A stretch of 64,000 nt of DNA, taken from positions 36,704,001 to 36,768,000 of the forward strand of contig OZ024742.1 of assembly GCA_964016885.1 (NCBI GenBank). The letters run 5' to 3'. This stretch comes from Eledone cirrhosa. Taxonomy: Eukaryota. This document shows, one piece after another, positions 26,177-41,600 of this stretch (position 1 is its first letter; the number at the start of each line of letters is the position of its first letter). The notes under the pieces are model-generated. The model did not search any database. It had not been told where the DNA came from and saw nothing but the letters and a program-made list of their open reading frames with translations. The translations under genes were made by a program, and so were the position numbers.

Positions 26177-26819
26177 TTATGAAGAGAGAAGAAACATTTA
26201 GATATAATTAGTAATAAAATGTATCATACCTAAACTGCTCCTAGATTCCTCGACTACGTAGTTTCGTAGCATAAACAAAAACAATACATCATAAAGATAT
26301 AGAGTCCTTGCGAGGTCTGCCGACTTATCAAGAGGATACCTCATTTTACTAGTCTCAAGAACGCGTCTACACGACGTGAGAAAGAATCCCAAAAGGCGGA
26401 GGGGGAGACAGTCACGCGATATAACGGTCGAGAAACAGAGCTAAGCCTCTTATAACCCCGAAGAAAATACCACGGAGGCGGAGGGGGTATTTATATCGAA
26501 GCCGTAGAAGAGGTGGTGAAGGAGGCGAGAAGTATGAGTAATGGAAGCTTTCCAGCAGTCCCCACACTTCAAAGATTGCTCGACCAGAGGGAGTTATTAA
26601 CAATATATTTATAAACACATAGATGTCGTGTAGACGCGTTCTTGAGACTAGTAAAATGAGGTATCCTCTTGATAAGTCGGCAGACCTCGCAAGGACTCTA
26701 TATCTTTATGATGTATTGTTTTTGTTTATGCCACGAAACTACGTAGTCGAGGAATCTAGGAGCAGTTTAGGTATGATACATTTTATTACTAATTATATCT
26801 AAATGTTTCTTGCCTCTTC

Positions 26820-26824
<5 letters not shown>
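26177..26824. repeat. Foldback element with ~200-bp inverted arms and a ~250-bp spacer
   Basis: 26177-26375 is the reverse complement of 26625-26824. Confidence 0.9.
26664..26753 (+). ncRNA. Hammerhead with U3-A8 core variant; mirror copy at 26247-26336 (minus)
   Basis: tcctc TTGATAA gt(c)ggca..tgccac GAAA ctacgtag TC gagga; GUC site; ACTACGTAGT palindrome. Confidence 0.7.
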
Positions 26825-26871
<47 letters not shown>

Positions 26872-26919
26872 AGTACCAGGGCAAAATTTAATGTATAATA
26901 AACAATACAATATAATTAT

Positions 26920-26985
26920 CTCATTACCAGAGGTTTCCCGAATAAGACGAATACGAAAAACGTCCTCATTCGTTCGTCGGACAAG
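26920..26985 (-). ncRNA. Hammerhead-like motif with U4C core change
   Basis: cttgt CCGACGA a cgaatgaggacg..cgtcttattcg g GAAA cc tct gg TA atgag. Confidence 0.5.
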
Positions 26986-27779
26986 GCAATTTAAAACATA
27001 GTGAAATATTTGGAAAGTCTCCTCAAGAAATGCAAAAAATATATAAATAAATGTAATGCAAGAGATATATTAAAAAAATATAAAAAATATAAGGAAATAT
27101 AGTTAGGGTATGTGTATATGTATGTATATACACTCACAAATGTACATATGTGTGTATGTACAAATGCATGTGTATGGTGAAAATGTGTGCGTAAGTACAT
27201 ATATGAGGGCAAGTATATTTGTGTATATGTGACCACAAATACGTATATAATATGAGTTGAAAAAGAAATTGTATGATAATATAGTTGACACGCATCCAGA
27301 TACAGGTATTAAATACACATACGAGTATGAAAGCACGCGTATAAACACACACACACGCGCAGTCACTTATATGCGGAAGATAAAGAGGGAAGGGAGTGTA
27401 ATAGTAAAAAGAAGTGTCATTCTCGATATATGTATAAAAATGAAACAATATATGAGAATGAAAACATTTTTTAAATCAAAGAGAAAGTAATCAATTAACA
27501 CTAGAGAAAAGAAAACAAACATAGGTACGCACGTACATACACACATATATATAAAAAAAATATTTATACACACAAATACGTACAGACAAAAGCGCATGCA
27601 TGCGTACATACATACACACGAGGCACGTATATATATATATATAACGCCCCATGTATATCTAATCACACGTACGTACGCGACTATATATATATATACACAT
27701 ATACATACACACCCATACATACATATACATATATACACATATACATACACATATATTCACCCGCATACACACACATCCC

Positions 27780-28935
27780 GCTCGAAGTGGGACGTGGAAA
27801 GGCTGTGTCGCCATATGTGGACATCTCTGGGATGGTGTCGAACACCTCGGAAACCGAAGTGGTCTGCACCTTCTTGGAGGAATATGAAAGGTTGACAGGA
27901 GCTGAATTAAACCTGGAAAAGTTGAAGAGGCAAGTCCATGCTGTCCAACAGCGGCGTCGGGCGCTCACGGACCGACCGGAAAAGTTGCGCGGGGATTGAT
28001 TCGGACCAGACCTCCAGGTGGATAAAAATTGGGACGAGCTTACGAACAGGATAGCCACTCTCACCCAGAAATGGGCCGAGAGAAAGCAGTCCCTGAAAGG
28101 TCGGGCGGAGGTGACGAATGCATACACCGCGTCCGTCATCTACTACCGTCTGACCGTCGTGCCTTGTCCCCGTTCGAGCCTCACCAAATTGGAACGGCTC
28201 CTCTTCAATTTCTTGTGGAGGGGACAGATTCTGTTGGTGAGGCGGTCCAACTGCTGCCAGCACCCTCTGCGTAAAGGGCTGGGCATGCCGATGTGCAGCT
28301 CGTCTCTTTGACAGAGCTGCAGTCCTGGGTCAAGAAGAGATCGACACTGGGTGCCTAGCATGTGGGATGTTGCCAGGCGTTCATTGCCCTCTACCAGGCG
28401 TTCAATGCAGTCAGTGGAACTTTCACTCTCGAGTTCTATAGAGTATTAGTGGTGGGCAAGTGCGATGACGCATTAGAGAAGGTCTGGGCGTCGACGAAGT
28501 CAAACTGGCCAGTTTGTTCCGGAGGACTTTCGAGCCGGGACTATGGATAACCTCTAGAAATCCCTCGCTTGGCAGTGCTACCGGGGAAGGGAGCACTGCC
28601 GGTTCGAGATAAACTCTACAGGCACGGAAGTGCTGTCAGGGGGAACTGCCCGAGATGTGCGCAGAGTGACGAAACCGTTCTGTACTACTCGTCCAGTGTC
28701 CGTGCATTACTGACTTGTGGAGTCATGTCTAACAGCTATTGTCGCGTGTAGGACGGGTCCGGCTATCGACCGAATCCGTTGTGAAGACCACCTCACCGCC
28801 TTCTTTTGGCGGCCAGGAAGGGCAGACAGTTTCCATCTGTCTGGTAGCGGTAACGAAAGAGATTGTGTGGTAGACTAGACACTTTTCTCTTTGGCCAATC
28901 TCTAAACTTTTTCAAGTTTCATTTGGAAATGAAAC
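27780..28935 (+). mobile_element. Decayed Tx1/L1-like LINE fragment (late RT to zinc finger)
   Basis: YERLTGAELNLEK, W..R..SLKGRAEV, LFNFLW, GLGMP and ALPVRDKLYRHG..CPRC. Confidence 0.82.
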
Positions 28936-29199
28936 AATTATTATTATTATTATTATTTCATACAGAATGTGACCGAATGATTAAGAACTTCTCTCGCTCT
29001 CCTGAGTTCGACCCCATTGCGTGACATCTTCGACCCATGCTTTTTTAGTGAAATTAGCTAGACAGAAACTACGTTGAAGGCTGTCGGATAAATTGTACCA
29101 GTAATTCAAAATGTCAGCCGCACCCCACATTATGTCACACGTCGAAACCGACAGCGGACCCGGCATTATGTGTGGATATATGTTTGTGTAGGTTTGTGG

Positions 29200-29305
29200 G
29201 GGGGTGTATGTGTGTGTGAATGAGAGAGTGAGTATGTGTGTGCGTGTATGAGAGAAAGTGAGTGTGTGAGTGTGTGCGTGTGTGAGAGAGAGAGTGTGTG
29301 TGTGG

Positions 29306-29338
<33 letters not shown>

Positions 29339-30137
29339 CGTAAGTGTGTGTGTGTATGTGTGAGTGTGTGTGTTAGTGAGTTTGCATTCTTTAATTCTTT
29401 CTTTCTATGAGTGTGTGTGTCATTGTGAGTGTGTGTTATATGTGTGTGTGTGACTCAGTGCGTGTGTGTGTCACTCTGTGTGTGGGTGACTGTGTCTGTG
29501 TGTGGGGGGGACTCTGTGTCTATGTGCGTGTGGCGGTGTGTGACAGTGAGTGTGTGTATGTGTGACTGTGTGTGTGTGACTGTGAGTGTGTGTATGTGTG
29601 TGACTGTGTGTGTGTGTGTGTGTGTGACTTTGTGTATATGTGTGTGTGTGTGACCATGTGTGCGCGCGTGTGTGTGTGTGTGTGTGTGTGTGACTCTGTG
29701 TATATGTGTGTGTGACCATAGGTGCGCGTGTGTGTGTGTGTGTGACTCTGTGTATATGTGTGTGTGTGTGACGAAGTGTGCGCGTGTGTGTGTGTGTGTC
29801 TGTGAGAACGTCTAACTGCAGAAACATTAAAATTATTATAACCTCACCCAGAACGTGACACGTGTAGTCACACGAGATCTGGACAAGAGGGTTCAACTTT
29901 CAAGAATTTCGGTTATCTTTAAGTGTTTGCATCCGTCTTTTGCCTATTTATCACCTTTCCCCACCCTCACACACACACACACACTCATACTCTCCCTCGC
30001 TCTCTCTCTCTCTCTCTCTTTATCTCTCTCTTCCTCACACTCTCTCTTTCTCCCTCACAATCTCTCTATCTTTCTATCTCTGTCTCTGTCTCTCTCAAAT
30101 CGTCTCTCTCTCCCTCACTCTCTCTCTCTCTCCCTCA

Positions 30138-30184
<47 letters not shown>

Positions 30185-30500
30185 GCACACACACAAACAC
30201 ACACACACACAGACGACCCCATATTTCTCACTTTCACTCCTTCTCTCCCATTCTCTCGCTCTCTGTCCCATTCTCTCTCTCTCTCTCTCGCTCTCACCCA
30301 GACTACTCCCCCTTCACATGTCAACCATCACTTTACACCTTATATCTTCGTGCCTTCTCTCCATAAGTGCCTCAAACTCAACACCTCACTACTATTTATC
30401 CATATATATGTGTGTGTGTGTATGTGTCAGTGTGTGTGTGTGTGTATGTGTATGTGTGTGTGTAAATGTGTGTGTATATGTGTGTGTATGTGTGTGTGCT
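29200..30500. repeat. Compound (GT)n, (GA)n, (CT)n and (CA)n microsatellite field
   Basis: Read directly. Confidence 0.85.
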
Positions 30501-30576
30501 AGCCAGGTTACTGTCACGTGATGCAGTATTTACACAATATTAAATGCGCCATTTATTTCATTTCGATGCATGTCTG

Positions 30577-30666
<90 letters not shown>

Positions 30667-30696
30667 CATATATACATACATATATATACATATATA

Positions 30697-30800
<104 letters not shown>

Positions 30801-30807
30801 CACATAC

Positions 30808-30867
<60 letters not shown>

Positions 30868-30869
<2 letters not shown>

Positions 30870-31130
30870 TGTTATACTTTGGGAGGGTCATGTTGCCAAT
30901 AAGTAACACACGCACCAGTTGCTTTCACTTCAATTTATTATAATAAATTTATAAATTTAGGAATTTATAAATTTCCGGTTGGTTGGTTGATTCCACAACC
31001 AGATGGTTGTTTATATATTGTCAAAGTTCTTTCGTCACACATTCTGTGACCTCTTCAGTGACTTGGGATTCTTTTCTTTGTTTTTGTGCCTCTGCTTTGT
31101 TCTGTCCTACGCCATTTTGTTTCTGTGTGT
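30868..31130 (-). mobile_element. Solo Penelope pLTR/3' end (family of 22851-25218) in (TA)n, with intact hammerhead at 31020-31062
   Basis: Reverse complement of 24955-25218; gtca CTGAAGA..GAAA gaac TT tgac. Confidence 0.88.
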
Positions 31131-31150
31131 GTATATATACATACATATAC

Positions 31151-31251
<101 letters not shown>

Positions 31252-31253
31252 CA

Positions 31254-31298
<45 letters not shown>

Positions 31299-31299
31299 A

Positions 31300-31383
<84 letters not shown>

Positions 31384-31695
31384 GCATTGTGTGTGGAGCC
31401 ACAATATCACGTGTGCTCATGTATGCACGCATGACATGTCACTTATATATCGCTATCTGTTGTCTGTTGGTGCAATTAATCTACATTACTTTAAAAAGTA
31501 TATAAAGTCACCATTGAATGTATGTATGTATGTATGTTTCTATGTATATGTACATATGTATATGTACATATGTATATGTATATGCATACATACATATGTA
31601 CATACATAGATACATACATACATACATACATACATACATACATACATACATACATACATACATACATACATACATACATACATACATACATACAT

Positions 31696-32545
31696 GGTGG
31701 CTGCCAACTCGTTTTCGAGCACGGCCACTACTTTATATCCATGCAGGAGAACCCCCACCGATGCGATGAACGAGTGTGACTTTTGAGTCCAGCCAGCGAC
31801 TTGAAAACTCTGGTACAAACACTACACCTGTGACAATTATTGACACATAGTGCTGGGCCCATGGTACCATGTGACGACAAGTGCAGAGAGATCTCCAGAT
31901 ATAAAGCAATGCCCGTGCCGTGAAGCTTTTATAGTGAGCAAAGGCACTGCACAAAGCCAGTCCCACTCTCTTAACCAAGATGATATTTACCAAAAAGTAG
32001 AACAAGTCAACATCATTGGATACCATCAGGGTTGCAGGTGTTATATCAAAGTTTTCCTTCTCCTAGAATTCTGCCTTGACAAAGGCTAAGGGGTCATCTC
32101 TCCCGGTGATTTTGGATGGCCATTGACTCTTAAGAGCTCCTTTGCCCTTTGACAGGTTTTGTTTTTAGTCCTGCAGGATGTCCAAAGTCACCCCTCTCAC
32201 CAAGAAACCTTGGTGGGGTTGCCAGTTTAGTCGCCAACGACCCGACCATGAGGCAGGTGATACATACATACATACATACATACATACATACATACATGGT
32301 GGCTGCCAACTCGTTTTCGAGTACGGCCACTACTTTATATCCATGTAGGAGAACCCTTACCGATGCGCTGAACGATTGTGACATTTTAGTCCAGCCAGCG
32401 ACTTGAAAACTCTGGTACAAACACTACACCTGTGACAATTATTGACACATAGTGCTGGGCCCATGGTACCATGTGACGACAAGTGCAGAGAGATCTCCAG
32501 ATATAAAGCAATGCCTGTGCCGTGAAGCTTTTATAGTGAAGCTTT
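31696..32545 (-). mobile_element. Two copies of the RTE-derived non-autonomous element (31696-32260, 32297-32545) separated by (TACA)n
   Basis: Near-identical to 13437-13890. Confidence 0.75.
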
Positions 32546-32664
32546 TATGTATGCATACATACATACATACATACATACATACATACATACATACATACAT
32601 ACATACATACATACATACATACATACATACATACATACATACATACATACATACATACATACAT

Positions 32665-32990
32665 CAGCTGCCCACTTGATGTAAACGTTGTCAGAAAAAT
32701 ACAGGAGAAGGAGGACATCTACGGACCATTGATGAGGAGTTTACAAATCCAGTATCCAAGATACACTTTTAGCTTCATACCCATCATTATTGGAGCTACG
32801 GGTTATATACCAACCCGCTTGGACCAATGTATAACTGAACTTGGATTTGCGGACAAAGAGCGCAGCTCCCTAATTCATAATCTACAAATGGCTGCGATAG
32901 CTGGCACCTTCAAAGTTTGCAAAACATTCTTGCGATTCAAGGGATAACAATTTCATTTCTTTTACAACCTTGCCACCAGGAGGAGGAGAG
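32665..32990 (+). mobile_element. R4/Dong-like LINE 3' fragment in (TACA)n
   Basis: SCPLDVNVVRKIQEKEDIYGPLMRSLQ..FIPIIIGATG..GTFKVCKTFL; (CATA)n on both sides. Confidence 0.8.
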
Positions 32991-33009
32991 ACATACATAC
33001 GTATACATG

Positions 33010-36000
33010 GTCAGTCAGTCAACGCGATCAGTCGCATACTTTGGCGTGAGAGACTATTTATTAAATTTAAAATGAATACTATCTCCGACAGTAATGCCTC
33101 AACTACCAGTCATGTTGAATAACTGGGTATTCTTTTAACTATATCCACTGAAGACACTTTTTATTTGAATTCGTAGAGATATCCGACTAAATACATAATT
33201 CGTTTTACAAGGATTTGCTACAAACAACATGGCTGAGCACAACATCAACAACAACAACATCAGTGGAATACCGAAGAAAAACGAGAAAGGTAAACAAAAT
33301 TTATTCAGTTGTAGCTACAGAAGAAACCGAAATTATAAATCGCATTTCTCTTGGAGTTGCGAACTTAATGATGATTTATTTAATTGTTATAAAATAGCAA
33401 AAAACAATCCCTCCATTGGCTATATGAACAGAATGAAGCTACACTGGGACGAAATACACCCAGAGCTAAATCACTTCACAGCGAAACATTTACGCCAACA
33501 AGCGATGTTTGTTGAACGTAAATATAAGATAAATATTATTAATTGTAAGTCCCCCAACAATAAACATGGAATCAACAACACGGGCTACAGGTCGCCATGC
33601 TACTAGACTTCCTAGCAGCCAGGTCGAACAGCGCCTTGAAACAACTATGCCTGTAAGAAACTTGACACCACGTGTACCATCTAAGTCTACCCCGAATGCT
33701 GGGGAAAACACTATCGATAATAATAATAATCGAAGAAATTTGACATCACGTGTACCATCCGAGACTACCTTGACTATTGTGGAAAATACTATCGATAATG
33801 ATAATAATCAAAACTATTGAAAATTTCCCTCAACGAAATATTCCAGAGAGAAATTAATTCATGTATAAATATCTCTCTTGCTGAACGTATTAAAACAACA
33901 ATATTTAATTTAAAAAAAAAAAAAATGAAATATTACGTGTTATTGACGAAATAGGGGATGAATATTTACGACGGATAAAAACCCCAATATTTTGGCAAAT
34001 CAACGCCTGTTTATATGTCTTAGCAACGACAGTGAAGCATTATCTTGGTGATAGCAGAGATATTAACAAGAACAAAACACCACCAAAAATACCATCATAT
34101 ATAACTAAAATAGAAAATAAAGATTGCTGACTTACGAAAAACCATAGGATATGTGACAATGCTCCTTACTTGCAAACAAACAAAAAAACTTCACTCCTCA
34201 CCAACAAAAAGTGAAAAATAAAATAGAGATGATGTTTGGTAGCAGTAGAACCAGAACTCTTCAATATAAGCTGATCACCCTCAAACAAGAATTGAGAGCT
34301 GTTAGCGAAAAACGCCGATACATGAAGAAGGTAGATGAAAGAAAAATGCTTAATAAAAGATTCAGACGAAACCAAACATCAGTCTATAGAGATATGAAGG
34401 GCAAAATAATAAATGTCACTGAGGCCCCATCCCAGAAAGATAGATTCCTTTTGGAGAAAAATATGGGGTGAAAAGAAGAATTTCAACCAAGATGCAGTGT
34501 GGCTAAGAGAAATCCGAAAGAACTATTGCTCCTACACTAGAACAAAAACATACAAAATAAGTGAGGGTACCCTTCAGACTGTGATAGGAAAACTCCAAGA
34601 TAAGAAAACACCAGGAAGAAACATGATTGTCGACTACTGGTACAAAAAACTGATATTCTATCGGAGGTATCTTACTGACCTCTACCAACAAGCTCTTAAG
34701 GGAGATACACTTATACCAGAATGGTTGACATTAGCACAAACATTACTGGTCCTCAAGAACAAAGACAACCACTTCACAAAAAGCTACCGACCCATTGCAT
34801 GCCAGAACCTGATGTATAAGATGTATACAGCCTGCCTGAACCTATTCCTCCAAGATCACTGGGAAAATAATAACATCATCACAGATGAACAAGCAGCTGG
34901 AAAGAAAGGGGTTTGGGGTTGTGCTGAACAACTCCTAATCAACAAAACTGCGATGTCGGAGGTGCGACAACTTAGGAGGAATATGGCTACAGTCTGGCTG
35001 GACTACAAGAAAGCTTTCGATTCTGTTCCCCACTCTTGGATGATAGAGGCCCTCCGACTTGCTTAAGCCCCAGACATTATTATCAGAGCCATAGAGAAGC
35101 TGTCTTCTTCTTGGGCTACTATCCTAAAGTTAAAGACAGAGAAGGAGGACTCTATTTTCACTGATAAAATAAAATATCGCAGGGAGACAGTCTCTCTGTG
35201 ATATTATTCATCCCGTCATTAAACCCCTTGTGCTTTCTGCTCAAGAAATGTGAAGGATACATCATTGGATCACAAGAGGACAGAAATATGAACCTAACCC
35301 ATAATTTCTTTGTGGATGATCTCAAACTCTATGACAAGAACATGAATGCGATGAAGACAAATCTTGACCTGTTTACAACATTCTCAAAGGATATAGGAAT
35401 GGAGTTTGGTCAAGATAAATGCTCATATATGACTGTAAAGCGGGGAAAAACAACAACCCAATCTAGCAACTTTGTCATCAATGGCCTAATGTTTCACCGA
35501 TATCTGATGAGGACTGCTACATATACCTGGGGATAGATGAGAACATATCCTATAATGGTATCTGTAATAAGGAACGCGTAACCAGGGAATACTACACCCG
35601 ATTAAGAAAGATCTGGTCATCGGAACTCTCTGCGCAAAACAAAACAGTGGCTCACAATGTGTTTGCTGTGCTTGTCCTAACACCAACGTTTGGAATACTC
35701 AATTGGAGGATAGACGAAATCCGAGCAATTGATGTTAGAACTTGAAAAATACTAAACAACACATCAACAGTGACATAGACTACCTTTACTTGAAACGTAA
35801 GCAGGGAGGCAGAGGCCTAACATCAGTCAAGACAGCATTTGAATGTCGCATCATATCCTTCCAAAAACATCTACGAACCTCGAAGCGTAGAAGCCCGTCT
35901 CTCGAGCAAGTCTATCTGCATGAAACACATAAGATCATGAGAGTTGGGAAGGAACTCCTCGTGAGATATTCCCTGTGTGATAATCAAAATCTCACACCCA

Positions 36001-37062
36001 GGGAAGTCGCTCAGCAGTATCGCAGTGAATCCATGGATGAAAAACTGCATGCTTATCAGCAAAAAATCATGCATAGATATGTTGCCAGGAAGCTCCAGAG
36101 TGAGAGTAATATAGATAAAGAAAGTCGTCTATCTTGGACCAACAACCGCTATATTCCACTTTGAAGGATACACTTTTGCAATCCAAGAACAGGAAATCAA
36201 CACGAAATACCTGATTCACAAAAGAGATAGGGATGCAGGCAAAACACCTATATGTGATAACAAGTGCAGACTCTGCAGAACTAACATCGAGGATATCACC
36301 CATGTCATCAGCAGCTGTCCAAAGATGTCATCGTGGTACTATCTCCCTAATAGGCATGATGTAGTGGCCAAAACACTCTACAATGCAATCCGTAAAAAGA
36401 TAGCCCCGATAATAAACACATTAAAAGCTACAGCAATGTGGAAGACATCCATGTACATAATATGAAAGAGTACTGGCGGAATGTTCCAGTAAAAACCCCA
36501 ATAAAATGCAGGCATAACAGACCAGATATTATGATATGGGACAGGGAGAAGAAAGCATGCACAGTAGTGGAAGTTAGCTGCCCAGCAGATGCCAATATAA
36601 TATCAAAGATTAGCGAAAAGGAGAATATTTATGCAGAACTGATGAGAAATCTGCAGATACTCCACCCTGATTATACCTTCAGGTTTATGCCTGTGATTGT
36701 TGGGGCACTGGGATATATTAGTAACTGCCTCAATACAAATCTAGAGAAGCTGGGCTTCACAGGAACAGAAAGAACACAACTAGTTAGGAAATTACAAGTA
36801 CAATCCATTAATGGAACAGTAAAAATATGTAAAACATTCCAAAAATGTTGCATCTAATAACTGCATATACACATGTACAGATACAAAGCATATACACATG
36901 CACACATACAATAACATCCATATCTACGCATGCATGCATACATGCATACATATCTAGCTAGTTGATGTTGTGTACATTCCAATGAGAGAGTCTTGTGTCT
37001 ATGTTAGAAACCGACTCTCTCTCTATTGGCAAAAATTTGTGAAATTATAAAACCAGAAGAAC
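33010..37062 (+). mobile_element. Near full-length decayed R4/Dong-clade non-LTR retrotransposon (RT, CCHC, PD-(D/E)xK restriction-like endonuclease)
   Basis: YRPIAC, WLDYKKAFDSVPHSW, FFVDDLKLY, GGRGL, CRLC..EDITHVISSC, RHD and RPDIMIWD..VEVSCP..EKENIY; many frameshifts and stops; ends at acatacatac. Confidence 0.88.
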
Positions 37063-37177
37063 ATACATACATATATGTATGATGTTTTTAAAATATATAA
37101 TTTTACAAAACAGACATTTACTGACAAATTAACTCAATATTTGTAGTAATGTCAAACTTACACATACACACAATCAT

Positions 37178-37279
<102 letters not shown>

Positions 37280-37419
37280 GGAGAAATTGAGAGAAAAAGA
37301 CAGTTTGGGAGAATAGAGAAAAATGGAGAAAACTATGTAAAACGAGTGTGAAGGGATACAATTGAGAAAAGAAAGACATACGCTATAATACGGTTGCCAC
37401 ATAAACTAGTTGTAAATCC

Positions 37420-38455
<1,036 letters not shown>

Positions 38456-38659
38456 GTCCCATCCTTTTCTACTCGTCATCCCTGCTACCAACCATCTTCC
38501 TAATCTTCACCCCAGCCCCTCTCTCTCTCTCTCTCTCCCTCTCTCCCGCTCTCTCTCTCTCTACACTAACATTGCCATCCTACCATTAATCCCACATCCT
38601 TTCTCTTCCCTCCTAAAAAATATTAATGAAGCAACAAATACATCTTACTACAATACTAT

Positions 38660-41600
38660 CACATTACTACCACCGTCTCCACCACTACCACCACCACTAC
38701 CACTACCACCGTCACCTCCACCACCTCCACCACCACCACTACCACCGTCTCCTCCACCACCTCCTCCACCAGCACCACTACCACCGCCTCCTCCACCACT
38801 ACCACTGTCTCCACCACCACCACCACAAGCTCCACAACCACTGTCTCCACCACCACCACCACCACAAGCACCACTACCACTGTCTCCACCACCACCACCA
38901 CAAGCACCACTACCACTGTCTCCACCACCACCACCACAAGCACCACTACCACTGTCTCCACCACCACCACCACCACAAGCACCACTACCACTGTCTCCAC
39001 CACCACCACCACAAGCACCACTACCACTGTCTCCACCACCACCACCACAAGCACCACTACCACTGTCTCCACCACCACCACCACAAGCTCCACAACCACT
39101 GTCTCCACCACCACCACCACCACAAGCACCACTACCACTGTCTCCACCACCACCACCACAAGCACCACTACCACTGTCTCCACCACCACCACCACCACAA
39201 GCACCACTACCACTGTCTCCACAACCACCACCACAAGCACCACTACCACTGTCTCCACCACCACCACCACAAGCACCACTACCACTGTCTCCACCACCAC
39301 CACCACCACAAGCACCACAACCACTGTCTCCACCACCACCACCACAAGCACCACTACCACTGTCTCCACCACCACCACCACAAGCACCACTACCACTGTC
39401 TCCACCACCACCACCACAAGCACCACTACCACTGTCTCCACCACCACCACCACCACAAGCACCACAACCACTGTCTCCACCACCACCACCACAAGCACCA
39501 CTACCACTGTCTCCACCACCACCACCACAAGCACCACTACCACTGTCTCCACCACCACCACCACCACAAGCACCACAACCACTGTCTCCACCACCACCAC
39601 CACAAGCACCACTACCACTGTCTCCACCACCACCACCACAAGCACCACTACCACTGTCTCCACCACCACCACCACCACAAGCACCACAACCACTGTCTCC
39701 ACCACCACCACCACAAGCTCCACTACCACTGTCTCCACCACCACCACCACAAGCACCACTACCACTGTCTCCACCACCACCACCACAAGCACCACTACCA
39801 CTGTCTCCACCACCACCACCACCACAAGCACCACTACCACTGTCTCCACCACCACCACCACAAGCTCCACTACCACTGTCTCCACCAGCACCACCACAAG
39901 CACCACTACCACTGTCTCCACCACCACCACCACAAGCACCACTACCACTGTCTCCACCACCACCACCACCACAAGCAACACAACCACTGTCTCCACCACC
40001 ACCACCACAAGCTCCACTACCACTGTCTCCACCACCACCACCACAAGCACCACAACCACTGTCTCCACCACCACCACCACAAGCTCCACTACCACTGTCT
40101 CCACCACCACCACCACAAGCACCACTACCACTGTCTCCACCACCACCACCACCACAAGCACCACTACCACTGTCTCCACCACCACCACCACAAGCTCCAC
40201 TACCACTGTCTCCACCACCACCACCACAAGCACCACTACCACTGTCTCCACCACCACCACCACAAGCTCCACTACCACTGTCTCCACCACCACCACCACA
40301 AGCACCACTACCACTGTCTCCACCACCACCACAAGCTCCACTACCACTGTCTCCACCACCACCACCACAAGCACCACTACCACTTTCTCCACCACCACCA
40401 CCACCACAAGCACCACTACCACTGTCTCCACCACCACCACCACAAGCTCCACTACCACTGTCTCCACCACCACCACCACAAGCACCACTACCACTGTCTC
40501 CACCACCACCACAAGCTCCACTACCACTGTCTCCACCACCACCACCACAAGCACCACTACCACTGTCTCCACCACCACCACCACCACAAGCACCACTACC
40601 ACTGTCTCCACCACCACCACCACAAGCTCCACTACCACTGTCTCCACCACCACCACCACAAGCTCCACTACCACTGTCTCCACCACCACCACCACAAGCA
40701 CCACTACCACTGTCTCCACCACCACCACAAGCTCCACTACCACTGTCTCCACCACCACCACCACAAGCACCACTACCACTTTCTCCACCACCACCACCAC
40801 AAGCACCACTACCACTGTCTCCACCACCACCACAAGCTCCACTACCAGTCTCCACCACCACCACCACAAGCACCACTACCACTGTCTCCACCACCTCCAC
40901 CACAAGCACCACTACCACTGTCTCCACCACCACCACCACAAGCTCCACTACCACTGTCTCCACCACCACCACCACAAGCTCCACTACCACTGTCTCCACC
41001 ACCACCACCACAAGCACCACTACCACTGTCTCCACCACCACCACAAGCTCCACTACCACTGTCTCCACCACCACCACCACAAGCACCACTACCACTGTCT
41101 CCACCACCACCACAAGCACCACTACCACTTTCTCCACCACCACCATCACAAGCTCCACTACCACTGTCTCCACCACCACCACCACAAGCACCACAACCAC
41201 TGTCTCCACCACCACCACCACAAGCACCACTACCACTGTCTCCACCACCACCATCATAAGCACCACGACCACTGTCTCCACCACCACAAGCACCACTACC
41301 ACTGTCTCCACCACCACCACAAGCACCACTACCACTGTCTCCACCACCACCACCACAAGCACCACTACCACTGTCTCCACCACCACCACCACCACAAGCA
41401 CCACTACCACTGTCTCCACCACCACCACCACAAGCTCCACTACCACTGTCTCCACCACCACCACAAGCACCACTACCACTGTCTCCACCACCACCACAAG
41501 CACCACTACCACTGTCTCCACCACCACCACAAGCACCACAACCACTTTATCCACCACCACCACCACAAGCACCACTACCACTGTCTCCACCACCACCACA

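Noticed and set aside
26455-26512. ccgaaga aaatacc..ggtattt..gaag hammerhead-like motif in the foldback spacer
   Set aside because: Too many core mismatches to support
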